Shown in pieces: positions 47,821 through 60,300 of a stretch of DNA of 64,000 nt. Positions within the stretch are counted from its first letter, which is position 1. Each line of letters starts with the position of its first letter. The notes below the pieces were generated by a model. It had not been told where the DNA came from. It was given only the letters and a program-made list of their open reading frames with translations, and did no database searches. The stretch spans positions 23,644,015 to 23,708,014 of the forward strand of contig OZ316893.1 in NCBI GenBank assembly GCA_973895155.1, in the 5' to 3' direction. The stretch is from Marsupella aquatica. Lineage: Eukaryota > Plantae > Marchantiophyta. Made by a program: the position numbers and the translations under genes.

Positions 47821-49430
47821 CTAGCTTTGACTATCAACGACTACAGTCTCCATTGCATTTTGAATGATTCGTCTTGTTTGTATAGGGAGAGTACTATTTG
47901 CCAATAACGCAAAGTTATACGCATAAACGACAGTTTTTGATAGGGATAATTCATCCTCCAGAACTTTGCTAGACGAAGCCTCTTTCTCCGGATAATATCT
48001 GCCTTCAATTGCAGACTCTTCCTCCGAATCCATTGCATACCAAGTGATTTTAATCCGCTCCGGGATGTCATTAATTCTTGTGAGAATCTCAGTCACTTTT
48101 GCCATCCAGAATGGTCTTCCCTTGGGATCCTGATGGGCTGCTACACATATCATTGCAAATTTAGTATTCACCTCTAGATCCTTGAAGTCTCCAATTTCCG
48201 TGACTTTTCTTCGACTTCCGGAATACATGACTGTCCTCACACCCGCTACTTTATCAACCAAGCTAGGTTCCATTGCTGCTTCCGTAGGATTACTCGGAAG
48301 TTCTCTCTGTACGTTTACCTTGGGCCAACTCCAATCAAAACTCCATTGTGCAGGTTTCAGGTGGTGCTGAATCACTTCTTTTTGTTTGTCAAAAAAATGA
48401 CCCCACCATAGACGATCTGCGTCATCAAAGTAATTGAATCCATCTTCAATTGCTCTTCGATATTTTTGAAGAGTTGACAAATAACTTTTTGCCGTCCGCT
48501 CATCTTGTTCCTCAACATCATTCTCTTGCTCTTCATTGTCTCCTGTCGCTCCCGTGGCCGACTTCAATGCCATTTGTGGTGCGACCCACATTCCAGATGA
48601 TGGAATGTACCGAACAAAATCCACCGTCTCCCCCCAATCGATTGTCGTTGAAAGATGTTTGGCATGGAATACGGACCGAGCACTTCCATCTTCGAGTACT
48701 CTAGTAATCCGAAATTGTTTTTGAGCACTTATGCCGTGGAGAGTACGTAGAACCTGACCATCCATATCCTTGTCATTTGCTTGATCCTTGTCTAACACAA
48801 ATTTCTTGAAATCGGCAACCTCGTCGACGAAAAATATCTTTGCCGTAGGATTGTAGGATTCCTCTATGATTGCTGAAAGAGTGTCCAATCGGAAAGCTTT
48901 CCGCTTGTTCAATTTTGAAGAAAACTTGCTAAACATTTGATCAGTTTGATCATGGGTGTGCCCCACCAATAGGAAACCAACCTTTATTTTCTGGAAAACA
49001 CCTATCTCCACCAACATATTCAAATATGCCATAAGATATTTATTCTTGTTTTCCCGAGCTGTGTTATCAAGCTGGAGGTAAAGCACTGGAGGGAGCAGAC
49101 CTTCCCAGGTATTCAGAATATGCTGGATAACGTGGATGGTCAGGTTGCTATCATTGTGAATATTTGGATAGTTCAAAAAAACATTTGAACTTAATTGTTT
49201 GTTGAAGATCAAACAACCCACTACGTGTACGGGGATGAAATACTTTTCATCCATATTCTTCGGACACCGAATGAAATGAGGTAACTCTGTCTTCGTTTGA
49301 TCCATTCCATCAATACAGATGCCCAAATATTTCTTCGGACTCTTGTAACATTTGCTCCGGTGCTTTGCTAACTTCTCCCTCTCGACTGCTTGTGCCTTCC
49401 GATGCTCATTTAGCAATGTTGAGAATTTTC
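47821..49430 (-). CDS. DUF7869/Sola-like transposase catalytic exon; the N-terminal Zn/HTH exon appears to be missing
   Basis: CIDGMDQTK, LYLQLDNTARENKN and FLLVGHTHDQTDQMFS. The splice acceptor at 49431 is at the position equivalent to the family-1 intron, but no long upstream exon is present. Confidence 0.82.
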
Positions 49431-49964
49431 CTACAATAATAAAAATATTTAGGACAAAACATGATAACCGCAATGTTGAACCCTGACAGCGATAAATTTA
49501 TCGGGTTCAGTATTCAAACACAAGACCGTAATGAAAAACTGTGACAGCGATAAATTGATCAGGTTCAGTATTCAAACTATTCAAACGATATATTCACTCA
49601 CATGGCCAAAGAAGAAGCACATGAATACTCAACCCGATAAAATTATCGGGAGTAACACACAGGTTTAGATTGAGACATGGCTATCCAAGACACTATGGGG
49701 CTTTGCATTCCTCCCGCAATCAGGGAAAACGAAAGGCTCAACGGACAGAATGTTGCTCCAAGAACACAACTCCCAAAACTCTACTCTCGATAATGATGCC
49801 AAAAACTTATCGGCGGTGGCCCTTTTATAGTGTCTGTTGAGGGGTTGGCCCACGTGTCCACTTTTGATTGGCTGTCACCCTAAACGACAAAATAGCAGAA
49901 AAGGGTATATTTCTTGGATTTCCAATTTCATTCTCACACGTGCATCGTGGCAAAATTATATAGT

Positions 49965-50170
49965 TTTGAAATTGAAGCGATAAATTTATCTGATGTTGGT
50001 ATTGCAAAAGTGGTTCCTTCATATGGAAGTTGCAATTTGAAATTGAAGCGATAAATTTATCTGATGTTGGTATTGCAAAAGTGGTTCCTTCATATGGAAG
50101 TTGCAATTTTGAAATTGAAGCGATAAATTTATCTGATGTTGGTGTTGCGAAGAGTTTTCTTCATATGGAT
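49965..50170. repeat. 71-72-bp tandem repeat (x3), each unit with CGATAAATTTATCT
   Basis: Sites at 49978, 50049 and 50121, upstream of the transposase TATA (minus strand, ~49822-49829). Confidence 0.92.
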
Positions 50171-50802
50171 AGGAATTTTGAAATTTAACCGATGAACCGA
50201 AGGATCTTAGTATTGTCGACTAGTATTTTTGTCGCCCGTAGTTTTTGCAATAATTTTATCGGACTGCGCATTGCTATTGAAAGAATGGCATGTTGACTAT
50301 GGTCACTTGCGGAGGTAACTGGTCAATTGCGGAGGTAACTGCAAGGTAAGTTTGACGAACCGTGTAGTAATTATTATCGATTGTGATGTAAAATATTTTT
50401 GGTAAATATCCAAAAACTAAGAAACCTGAGATTGGGTCGGAGCTTTCGTGGCTCAAATCCAGAGTCCGATACAGTTATCGCACTTGGCTCGAAACGTGGA
50501 TATGGATATATAGATAAGACCTTTCATATATCTTCGGAGAGCGTGAATATGAGGTCGAGGAGAAAGTTTTTCGGATCTAATTGTTCCTTGATAATATGAA
50601 TGTTTGTTAGCATGAATTTCATTGGTTTTGATCATTATTAAATTTGCTGTTTCAATCCGAACTCCGATACGAATTACATTATTTCCCCAAAAACGCGTTT
50701 TTGATGAAAAAAACTGCCGATTTCGCGAGATTCGGCGGAAAATGAAAATACACTTCTCGTTTAGAGGAAATAGTTCTCGTTCAGTCCGAAATCGTGTTGG
50801 AA

Positions 50803-53650
50803 GCCAGCAGAGCATCAGAACAAGAGGCAGGGAGAAGCCAAAGAGGAGGAGGTCGATCCCATCAATGCCATTCCAACAAAGGATGACACCTGGAAAGGCT
50901 GGGCGACGACCCTACCAGAGGAAGTGCAATTACATTTTGCACGGGAGGAGGATGCATGCTTTACGGCCATGCAGACCAAGAAGTACCGGGGCTTCATGGC
51001 CAGATCCGGCTTGGAAGCCTTCGTAAGATTACCATGGCTAAAGCCGGAGGTGCCGGACTCAGACTTATTAGAATTCGTGGGATCATGGGAACCCGAGACC
51101 AATTCCACGAGGGTGTATGGGAAGGATTTCTATCTCACTCCCCAGGTGATTGCCGAGGTGTTTGGCTTGCCGATGGGTAATAAGACCAAGGTTGATACCA
51201 GGAAGACCTTACTTGACAAGGAGTTCCGGTCATTCCCAGGACCATCAACGAAGAATGGCTTCTTCCGAAACACCTGCACCAACCCGCACATCGGAGAGAT
51301 GATCGATTTCTTGCGGGTGACCATGCATTGTAACTTGCCAAGGGCAGAGATCGGCAAGGCTCAGGTCTACCTGGCAGAAAGGCTAGACCCAAGCCGAGAT
51401 TACAACGAGTACCTCCTCAACCAATTGAAGAAGATCTTGAAGGAGGAACAGCAGGTGATCGGCGTGGGAAGCGTGTCCCGGCTTGGCTATCACATGCCGC
51501 TGTTGTGCCGGTATGCCAGAAGTCAAATCTTTGCCCCAGTACTTCCCCTATCGGCAAGGGCACCGGTACAGGACACTGCCCCAGAGGCCGGCCTAAGCCG
51601 ACTCAGGAGGGAAAACCCCTTTACCGGAGCCAAGGAGAGAAGGAGGCCGGAACACAAGCCGGGAGTTTGAATGTATGTGGGAGCCTCAAGCCCCGAATCG
51701 GAGGTAGAGCAGCCTAAGGCTCCTTCCCGCGGAAAGCAGAGGGAGACGACAGCCTGGAAACCAGAGGAGGAACCAGAGCCCGTGATCTGTGAGGCCGTTT
51801 TCACAGCATGACCAGGGGAATAGAGGGGGAAGCCGGGAGTCCAAGCAGTGGAGGAGGCGGTGGAGGACTACAGTAATGATAACTCCGGCTATGGGTCGGA
51901 TCATCATGTTCCAGGAGTAAGGACCTGTGGCCGGTTTATCCCCACACTTCCAAGAGTAGTTTGAGGGGACCCCACCCAACAGAGTAGCTCCGAGTCTCCC
52001 CCACCAGAGGTTGCTCCCCCGAGCTTTGACGGTATAAAGCAGACGGCACAAGAGTTTCAGGAGCAACTTAGGGAGGAAGAGAAAGCAGCCCTGGCTAGGG
52101 AGAAAGATTTACCAGGAGGAGATTGGCCGGAGGACATCAGGCGGCTTGCCAAAAAAAGAAGCAACCCTCTTGCCACCATAGAAGAAATCCGCAAGGCTGC
52201 TTGGGAACAGAGGCCGCGGTGGTTGATGCCGATGACTTCTACTTACTCCACCTATGCTAAAGATAGAGCCATGGAGTACGGGGAGATGTGTGGGGAACTT
52301 GCGCTCAACATCTTTGGGGAGGAGTTGGAGCAGGGACCCTTTTTCCAGAGCCTGGAGATGTTGGAGAAGCACCGATTAGAAGAAGCGATGGCTTTGGAGA
52401 GAAGCAAGAAGGACGAGGTCATCCAGCGGCTTAGGGAGATGGAAGCCGAGGTGGAAGACTTGCAGGCGGCCAAGAAAGCCCAAGATGAGCTGCGGATTAA
52501 GCGGCATGAGCTAAACATCATGCAAGGACAATTGGATGCCGCTCAGTGTGGCAATCAGATTATCAAAGATAAACTGACTCGGACCCAAGGAGAGTTGGCC
52601 GGCGCGGTCAAGGACAGGGAGAAGTGGAAGCAGGAGCTGAGGGACGCAGAGGAGGCCCACATAACCGCCAACAACCGGGCCATGGCGGAGACTCAGAGAA
52701 GGGAGAGGGCGTTGAAAGGAGAGCTTGAGGATATCCGCAGAGCCCTTGAGCAGAAGGAGGCCGAGTTAGGGAAATCCTATCAAGGGATTATTGCACTGCA
52801 GCAGGAGCTTGCGTCCCTGACGGCCAACTTCAAGGCCGACCTGCGTGAGAAGGACGACCAGCTCGACCAGACTTATGCCAAGATGAATAAGATGGAGTCT
52901 GAGGTCGTAACGGAGCTCGACAAGGAGCTAAGAGCAACCCAGGAGGAGAGGGCTAGCTACCTTAAAATTGGAATTGGAGGAAGCCAGAAAGGAGCTGCAG
53001 GAGGGATGGAAGGACTTGGAGGAAGCCCAGGAGGAGTTGGAGGAAACCACCAGGAAGATGGAGAACTTACAGCGGCGGGCCGACAACCAAACGGAGCGGC
53101 TGAAGAAACAGGCCGCAGTATTTAAGTGCTTAGCTTCATCTAGTCCAATTCCAATTGTGGGAACTCCGTTACCAAGAGGGGTACTGGCCGAAGGACAAGC
53201 CGAGACACACGCCCCGGTGCCGGAGGTAGGTAGCAAAGGGAAGGGACCAGCTACCGAAACAGGGAAGAAGAAGAAGTGGAAACCTTCTGGGTCTGGGAGT
53301 TATACGGCTTACCAAGCCGTTGTGACCCAGGAGGTCAACCCGGCACCAACCTCCGGCATGGTCACGGCAATAGATCCATCTGTTGAAGAAGGTGGGAATG
53401 GCAAGGCAGAGGCCGGGACAGCTATTGATGAAGCCAAGGTACCGGATCCTCCACTAGAACATGTCGGGGAGACCGAAGCCGTATCAAAGGCCGTGACCAA
53501 TGCTGAGGCCGAAGCCGAGGGTGGACCCAGTCAAGCCGATGAAGAGTTGACTCGGTCCAGGGTAGGAAATTTGTCAGAGGATGGACCGACGGCAGTGGCT
53601 ACGGGGGAAGCGTTGGGGCGTCCATTGAGGATCCGCCACCGGTGTCGTGA
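50803..53650 (+). pseudogene. Remainder of the family-B accessory ORF in the outer copy
   Basis: ORFs 50924..51670, 52223..53125 and 52968..53777 match 36354-39181, with stops and frameshifts. Confidence 0.8.
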
Positions 53651-54551
53651 CGGTGCAAGGGCGCCGTTCCTTTTAGGAAGGGCGGACGTGGAGGTAGGAG
53701 GCATGAGTGGGCAGGGTGGGCTCAGATCTCCAAGTTTAGGATTAGGATCAAGACCAGGAGACGGCCCTGACACTTAGATTAGTGGGATGGCGGATCCACT
53801 GGTAGGAGCAACACTTGTGCTCCTGCCTCGCTGTACAGTTAGGTAGATTACAGGTAGGATAGATTAAGCTTACGCAGCGAAGTTCTAGACAGATCCACTG
53901 CCAGGATAAATACCTGGGCAGCGGGGAGTCTAGGGCCTCTTCTTTAGCAAGTTTTTAGTTGCACCAGCAGGGCTGGGATCAAGTAGTAAGAGAAGCTCTC
54001 GGTTAGTTATACAGTGACCCTTGTGTATATTCACGTTTACTCATGCCTAAGAACTGAATAGAGTTGGCCTTACGGCTTAGTTCGCAGAGCTTGTGTATGA
54101 GATGTACTGTTTGTATGGCAAGTGCATGGTATAACTCAGTCAGAAGGAGTCATTTTGCTATTTGTGTGTCGCATTAACTTTGGGAAGAGTGCCCACATCA
54201 ATGAAGGGAAGTAGCAAGGGAGTGAGAGTTGGATGTGTCGAGCTGAGAGAGGTCTTAGCGGCTTAACCAAGCCAATTGGGGATCATTCCGGCGGCGGAAT
54301 CCAAACATACCTAAGGGAAGACCACGAGAGGAATACAAGGTAAGGCCTAGAATAGGCCGGCTAAGTATCTCATGACCCGATGAAGGATCTGTCCAGTATA
54401 TGTGTGTAAAATGTTAATAGTAGTAGAAGGAGCGTTAGCAGCGTCCCATGCCGCTAAGCCACGGAAACGACCTCGCCAAGGATGAAACCTGCGGGAATCG
54501 GCTTGAGCAAAGGGGTTTTCTTGGGTTTGGGGAGCCATGGGACGCACCACA

Positions 54552-54936
54552 AGAGTATACAGAGCGAGGAAAAATGAGCGGAAAATTCTCAAGCGGTGAT
54601 CTCCTATTTATAGTTTTCTCTCTGACCGTGGTTAGTATTTGACTGCAGTTGCATCGCAGTTGGTTAAATGTTACCGTTGAGAAGAATTGTTTTGGAATAT
54701 TCTTGTCGAGTAAACCAATATTGGCACTTTTACTGCGTTTGTTTTTTGGAATTCTACGGTTGGATCCGAAATGGGATCCCATCTTTGTATTCGTGTCGAT
54801 TTTTCCCATTTTTCAATTCGAAAAACTAGTTTTTAGGGGGAATACTAATTCCGTATCCAAGACTTTCTTGCCTTAGAAACTTTTTTCGCCGCGGGCAAAA
54901 CGAGAAGTCACTTCTCGTTTGGTCTGTCACTGTGTT
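54552..54936. mobile_element. Orphan terminus of a probable third AACAC-type (Sola-like) element
   Basis: Ends AAACGAGAAGTCACTTCTCGTTTGGTCTGTCACTGTGTT. It shares the ACTTCTCGTTT subterminal motif and the GTGTT end with family 2 (50752-50798). No partner end found in the window. Confidence 0.5.
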
Positions 54937-55826
54937 TTTTGCATAACAAGGCATTTTTAATGCATCAAACGATATACATGGGGAGGTTTGTTGTCAGGGG
55001 GGTTCACTTAATGTAGCAAAAGAGGGAGGGCCAAGGGATTCTACTTTGATTTTGATTGTATAATTACATAATCCGCTTTTCAATTCGTCAAACTTTAATA
55101 AATTTTGAAATGTAATTGAGCTTCATTTGTAAAATGTTAAGTTACACACATCAATTCAGAGTCTATCTGCTTGTCACCAAAAGTAATCTAACTTACTTGA
55201 ATATAGAATGGCATGTATTTACTCTCGATCACTTCTTATATAGTGTCACACTCGTTAATGATGGTCAACCTTCAAAATCCTTAGATTACGGATTATTAAT
55301 CCTTAAATTACCCTTCCATTGACATATCATACTAGCTAGCCTTCACTACCTGTTCTTTGCACTTGAAACATGAATAGCGGAGAGGACTTATAAATCATGA
55401 CAAATGGCATACATGCTTATTATTTGACATACTGGTCATGAGTTTTCTCATCCATATGATGAGCCATGGAGTTCCAGTTTAATTTAGAGGTTTCACTCTA
55501 GCTAGGAGCCTAGACCCAAATCTAGCTTGTAGTTGGCGCTTTATAAGTTCTATTGTTAAGGGACTGAGACAATTGGTAGCTACCTAGATACCTCCCAAGT
55601 TCACCTTAGGATCACGGAACTTGTTGTATACATGCATCTGCGAAAATGCATGTTTGATTTAATCACTCTCTCAAAAAGGAATAGGAAGGTCACAAAACCC
55701 ACCAATCATTTATTGACATGTGTAGACCAATGAATTGTGTGATGAAAAGTGGGACTTTTTGAATTGTTACCCCCTTACTTCATCCCTACTTCTAAGCACT
55801 TCCTTACAAATTAATAATGACTGAAA

Positions 55827-56628
55827 CGCCCTTTACTTTGGTGCACATGATGTCAACATTTAATTTGTGGAAGTGACACTCACCCCCCACCATGAGCTAC
55901 CTCCATATTTCATCCTTAAATTAATTAACCTTCCCCATATGCATGCATGCATATATGTGCGCAAGTCTTAGGGTTTAGGGTTTAGGGTTAGGGTAATGAA
56001 TAAAAGGGCGTTTACTTTGGTGCACATGATGTCAACATTTAGGGTTTAGGGTTTAGGGTTAGGGTAATGAATAAAAGGGCGCTTACTTTGGTGCACATGA
56101 TGTCAACATTTAATTTGTGGAAGTGACACTCCCCCCCCACCCTGAGCTACCTCCATATTTCATCCTTAAATTAATTAACCTTCCCCATATGCATGCATGC
56201 ATATATGTGGGCAAGTCTTAGGGTTTAGGGTTAGGGTAATGAATAAAAGGGCGCTTACTTTGGTGCACATGATGTCAACATTTAGGGTTTAGGGTTAGGG
56301 TAATGAATGAAAGGGCGCTTACTTTGGTTCACATGATGTCAACATTTAATTTGTGGAAGTGACACTCCCCCCCCCCACCCTCAGCTACCTCCATATTTCA
56401 TCCTTAAATTAATTAACCTTCCCCATATGCATGCATGCATATATGTGCGCAAGTCTTAGGGTTTAGGGTTAGGGTAATGAATAAAAGGGCGCTTACTTTG
56501 GTGCACATGATGTCAACATTTAATTTGTGGAAGTGACACTCCCCCCACGCCCTGAGCTACCTCCATATTTCATCCTTAAATTAATTAACGCTTCCATATA
56601 TGCATGCTATATGTGCGCAAGTGTTAGG
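55827..56628. repeat. Satellite with embedded telomeric repeats (TTTAGGG/TTAGGG)
   Basis: Repeated unit CTTACTTTGGTGCACATGATGTCAACATT...GCAAGTC-(TTTAGGG/TTAGGG)n-TAATGAATAAAAGGGCG, in long (~175 bp) and short (~65-72 bp) versions. Confidence 0.92.
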
Positions 56629-57319
56629 GAGAAGGGTGTGATGAGAAGAAGAGTAGTTACAGACCCCCATGGGAAGTTGCATCCAGAATCCGTGGAAGAT
56701 TGTGCATGCAGCCACATCAATCAATACTATTGGTGAAAAGTACGTTGTGCATGCACTTCTTCCATGAATAATGTACTCGTTTTATCCTCTCATCTCCATA
56801 TTTGATCCAACCATAATTATTCCAATATGCAACATACTTTTCATGTGTTCTAACTTAGTTTTTGAATAATAGATCAAACTTACATAACCAATTAAGGGGT
56901 CCTCAAAACAATTGTGTTAAGACGGTTCATGTGTTCTAACTTAGTTTTTGAATAATATCAAACTTACATAACCAAGGGGTCCTTGAAATAATTGTGTTAA
57001 GATGCGCGGTTCGGCGTAGTTGTAATACTTTTGCTCTACAATGGTGAAAACATTTGTAGTCTCAAGGGTCTTTTGCTTCCTAAACAGATCCTTGAGATGC
57101 ATACTTGACAGTGACCAATTCGCCTGCCTAGCTGTATGTTTGGTCGCGTTTCATAGGACTTCCAATCTTATTTCTATCATTTCCAATCTTATTTCCATAA
57201 TCATTTCCAATCTTATTTTTATGTTCCTCATATTTATTTAATAATATATACTAAGTGCGTGATGCCCCCCCTCGATCCCCCCCCCTAAAGAAAAGAAAAT
57301 AGAGTTTTAAAAAGCAAAA

Positions 57320-60300
57320 TGTCACATCGTCAGCCTTGGCCTTACTCCGGGCTTCGGCTTAAATAGGCACATCCTTTGTCAAAATGAGGGTTCGGGCAGG
57401 GAGGGAGGCACGGAATGCACCCAACTTACATAAAATAGCGCTAAGTGCGCCTATCGTCATATACAGACACCTCCTAGGTATGATTTGTGTTCCGACGCCG
57501 GAACGTACCTCAATCGATAGCAAGATCGACCCTGGCTTAAGGGCTTCTAAGCCTTCGTATTGTCCGCCTTCGATCTGGATTTTGGTGGTATGGGTGCTCA
57601 ACCCGGGCTCGCAACCACGTACACGCAAGCTGCACCCCGTGCACTACTTGGGTAGTGCGTTCGGCCAAGCGTTGGCACCTATACACAAGATTCACACACA
57701 TACATACGCACAAGCATAAAACCTCGATTTATACAAAGGAAATAACGGGAAGGGATTTTACTCCATAAGAGACATATGCGTACACTTAATTGACCCGAAT
57801 GCTCTGGAGTGAACAGGTCCGAGGCCGAGGGTGTACACTACAACGGAGCCCGGCTCCGCACTCGCCCAGCGAGCTTAGTCTTACACCCTCCCCTTGGTAC
57901 TCTTCCACTCCCAGAGGTCGGGACTCCCCGCACATACCGCCGATGTCCAATATTGAGACTAAAAACCCCCCTTGCCTCTACCGAGGGGTGCACTAAATAC
58001 TAAGGGCCGAGGAACGGAGTGTCCTCCCGCCCGAAGATTCGTTGACTTAGGTCCTAACTAATCTGACTGTCAGGCCAAAAAATGGCTGTGTCTTATTAGA
58101 AGATCCTAACCTACGCAGGCTGGACAGCATGGCGGTGCTGCTCTAACTAGGGCAGTTCTTGTCCCCATAGCCTAATTTAGCTATTCCTAACCCTATTCTA
58201 TTCCTACTCTGCCGCTAATGCCTGGCACGCTTGCTAGAGCCGCCCGAGTGGGAGCGGCCATCCCACTGCTTACGAAGTCTGTCGTTGTCCGCCTTGAGGA
58301 GTTGGACCTGGTCCAGCAGAGATTCGTTCTCTCGCTTCGCCGCGTCCGTCTCCTCCGCTGCCTCCTAGCATGCTCCTCTAGCTGCTGGGCGTCGCTCGTC
58401 AGCTTGCCCGCCAGCTGGTCCTGCTTCTCGGCTTTGGTTTGGAGCCGCACCACTTTGGCCTGTAGCGTGGCTATCTCCGCAGTGTCCCACTGGGCCCGTT
58501 CTTCGGCCTCCTCCAGGTCTTTCTGCCAGATGACAGTTTGATTCTTCAAACTGTCAATCTGGTTCCGGAGTCGTGCAATCTTGGCCTCGTTCCTAGCTTT
58601 GGCCTGTTTGGCTAGGGCGGTAAGGGCGTGCGCCTTTGCTAACAACTCATCAGCGGCTGCAACTTTGGGTCGTAGTTGCAGAAGCTCAGCCTCTTGAGCT
58701 GCAACTTCGTTCTTTAGTATACGGACTCCACCCGGTACCGCTCTATCCTCTGAAGGGCCTCTGACTGGGCCCGACCTGCCTTTACTGCGGCAACCAACTC
58801 TTGATTGAAGAAACAGGCTACCTTCCAGGCCATGAACTCCCCGGTATCCCGGGCAATTTGATGAGAGAAATCTCCCTGAAGCCCGTTCAAAAATGTACCC
58901 GGTACAAAGAGTTCCGGGTGGTCCAGGTTGTGCCTGTCCGGAGTTGGGCACGGGCAAACGTCAACACGCACGGGGGCCGGGGCAGTGACATCCAGCCCTG
59001 GGGACGTAGTGTTGGAAGGGGTTGGAGTGTCCTCCTGTAGCAATGTCCGGTTCTCCGGAATAGCCCCTGGTGGGTCTTTGGGAGACCCGGGCTCGAGTAA
59101 GGCATCCGCTATACCAACTTCTGTACTTGGCCCGGCTTGTTGGATTGCATCTACGGTTGCGATTACCAACCCATCCGGTACCTCCTCGGTCACGACTACA
59201 GCTACTTATGGAGGTGGGGTGGGTGAAGCCTGCGTGTCCGTTGGGCTTCGGGCCTCGGGTTGGGGCCGTCTCTCCAAGGCCGGGAAAACCCACCTAGTTG
59301 GGACCAGCTTTGTAATGTTGACACGGGGAAGGGTTCGTCGATCAAACCGAGCGTACCACTCGAGAATGATCTTGATGTGGCTAGCAAAATACGCCTTCCC
59401 GCCAATGTATAGTGTCTTTCTTCGCCGCTCCATCTCTTCATGGAATTTCTTAGCGAAGTATGACGCCCACTTCCTAGGTCGATAGTTCTCAACCTGGATA
59501 GTTCTCGACCTGGATAACCTGGGCAGCGGAGATCTCCCCCCGGGGTTCCATCATGTGGAGGGCGTACCTTTGGAACTCCAGTCGCTCAGCTATCTCGGGG
59601 ATGAGGCAGGTCCTCATCACAAACCTGTTGTCCACTGCTCCCTCTGAGGGAAAACTCGAGGATTGGTACTTGGCTCCCTTACCCCCGGGAGCCCGTGATT
59701 CGACTCGGTGGTCACCTTCGGGTAACCCGAAGATCATCTTGAGCCGTTCTTCCGTGAGGGACATATTCCTTCCCCACAGCCGAGTATGTTGACGTGCGTC
59801 ATCATAATTCTTGACGAATTCCATCATGTCCTCCCTGTAGTACCTGCAAGTGTTCCAGGGGAGAGAGGCGAGGTGCTCGAATCCCTGAGTCTTTAGGTAC
59901 ACCGCATGTTTGGGATGGAGGATGTTTTTATGCACGTTTTCCCCCATGCGGTGGATTGTCACCTTGGCCGCGGCTACCGTGGCCAATGGTAACCCGGATG
60001 CAGCGGCGGGTTCCTTCCTCTTCTTCCCCCGTGACTGGCTCGAGGAGGGTGACACCTCCCCATCCTCTCGATCGGGCATAGGTAGTGCTACCACCGTTAG
60101 TATTGGGCCCAGGGCGGCCACGGTCACTGTGTTGTTTGCTGGAGCCGCTCCTTGGGTCCGAGCATGGGGAGGGGACGATGTAGTGTCGGCCCCCTTAGTC
60201 TTTGCTCCTTTGGGCCGCCTGAGCAAGGGTGGGGTAGCCTCGTCATCGTCGCTAAGGTCCACAGCGTTGATGATGGAGCGTACTTATACTGGCGGGGCGA

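Larger units (their letters stand above)
40726..50798 (+). mobile_element. Sola-like DNA transposon family 2 (10,073 bp) carrying a ParB-methyltransferase and small cargo ORFs
   Basis: 15-bp perfect TIR AACACGATTTCGGAC and 4-bp TSD GGAA (40722-40725 and 50799-50802). The empty site is confirmed by the uninterrupted inner family-B copy (~36230). Confidence 0.95.
35257..54551 (+). mobile_element. Solo-LTR-like element family B, outer copy (pieces 35257-35440, 40108-40725, 50803-54551)
   Basis: Starts TGTGATGCCTAG and ends GGACGCACCACA. The pieces are colinear with the inner copy once the two insertions are removed. Flanks GTAAT and AGAGT do not match. Confidence 0.85.

Noticed and set aside
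55968-56474. True chromosome end
   Set aside because: The tracts are only 2-4 repeats long, embedded in satellite units, with sequence continuing on both sides.
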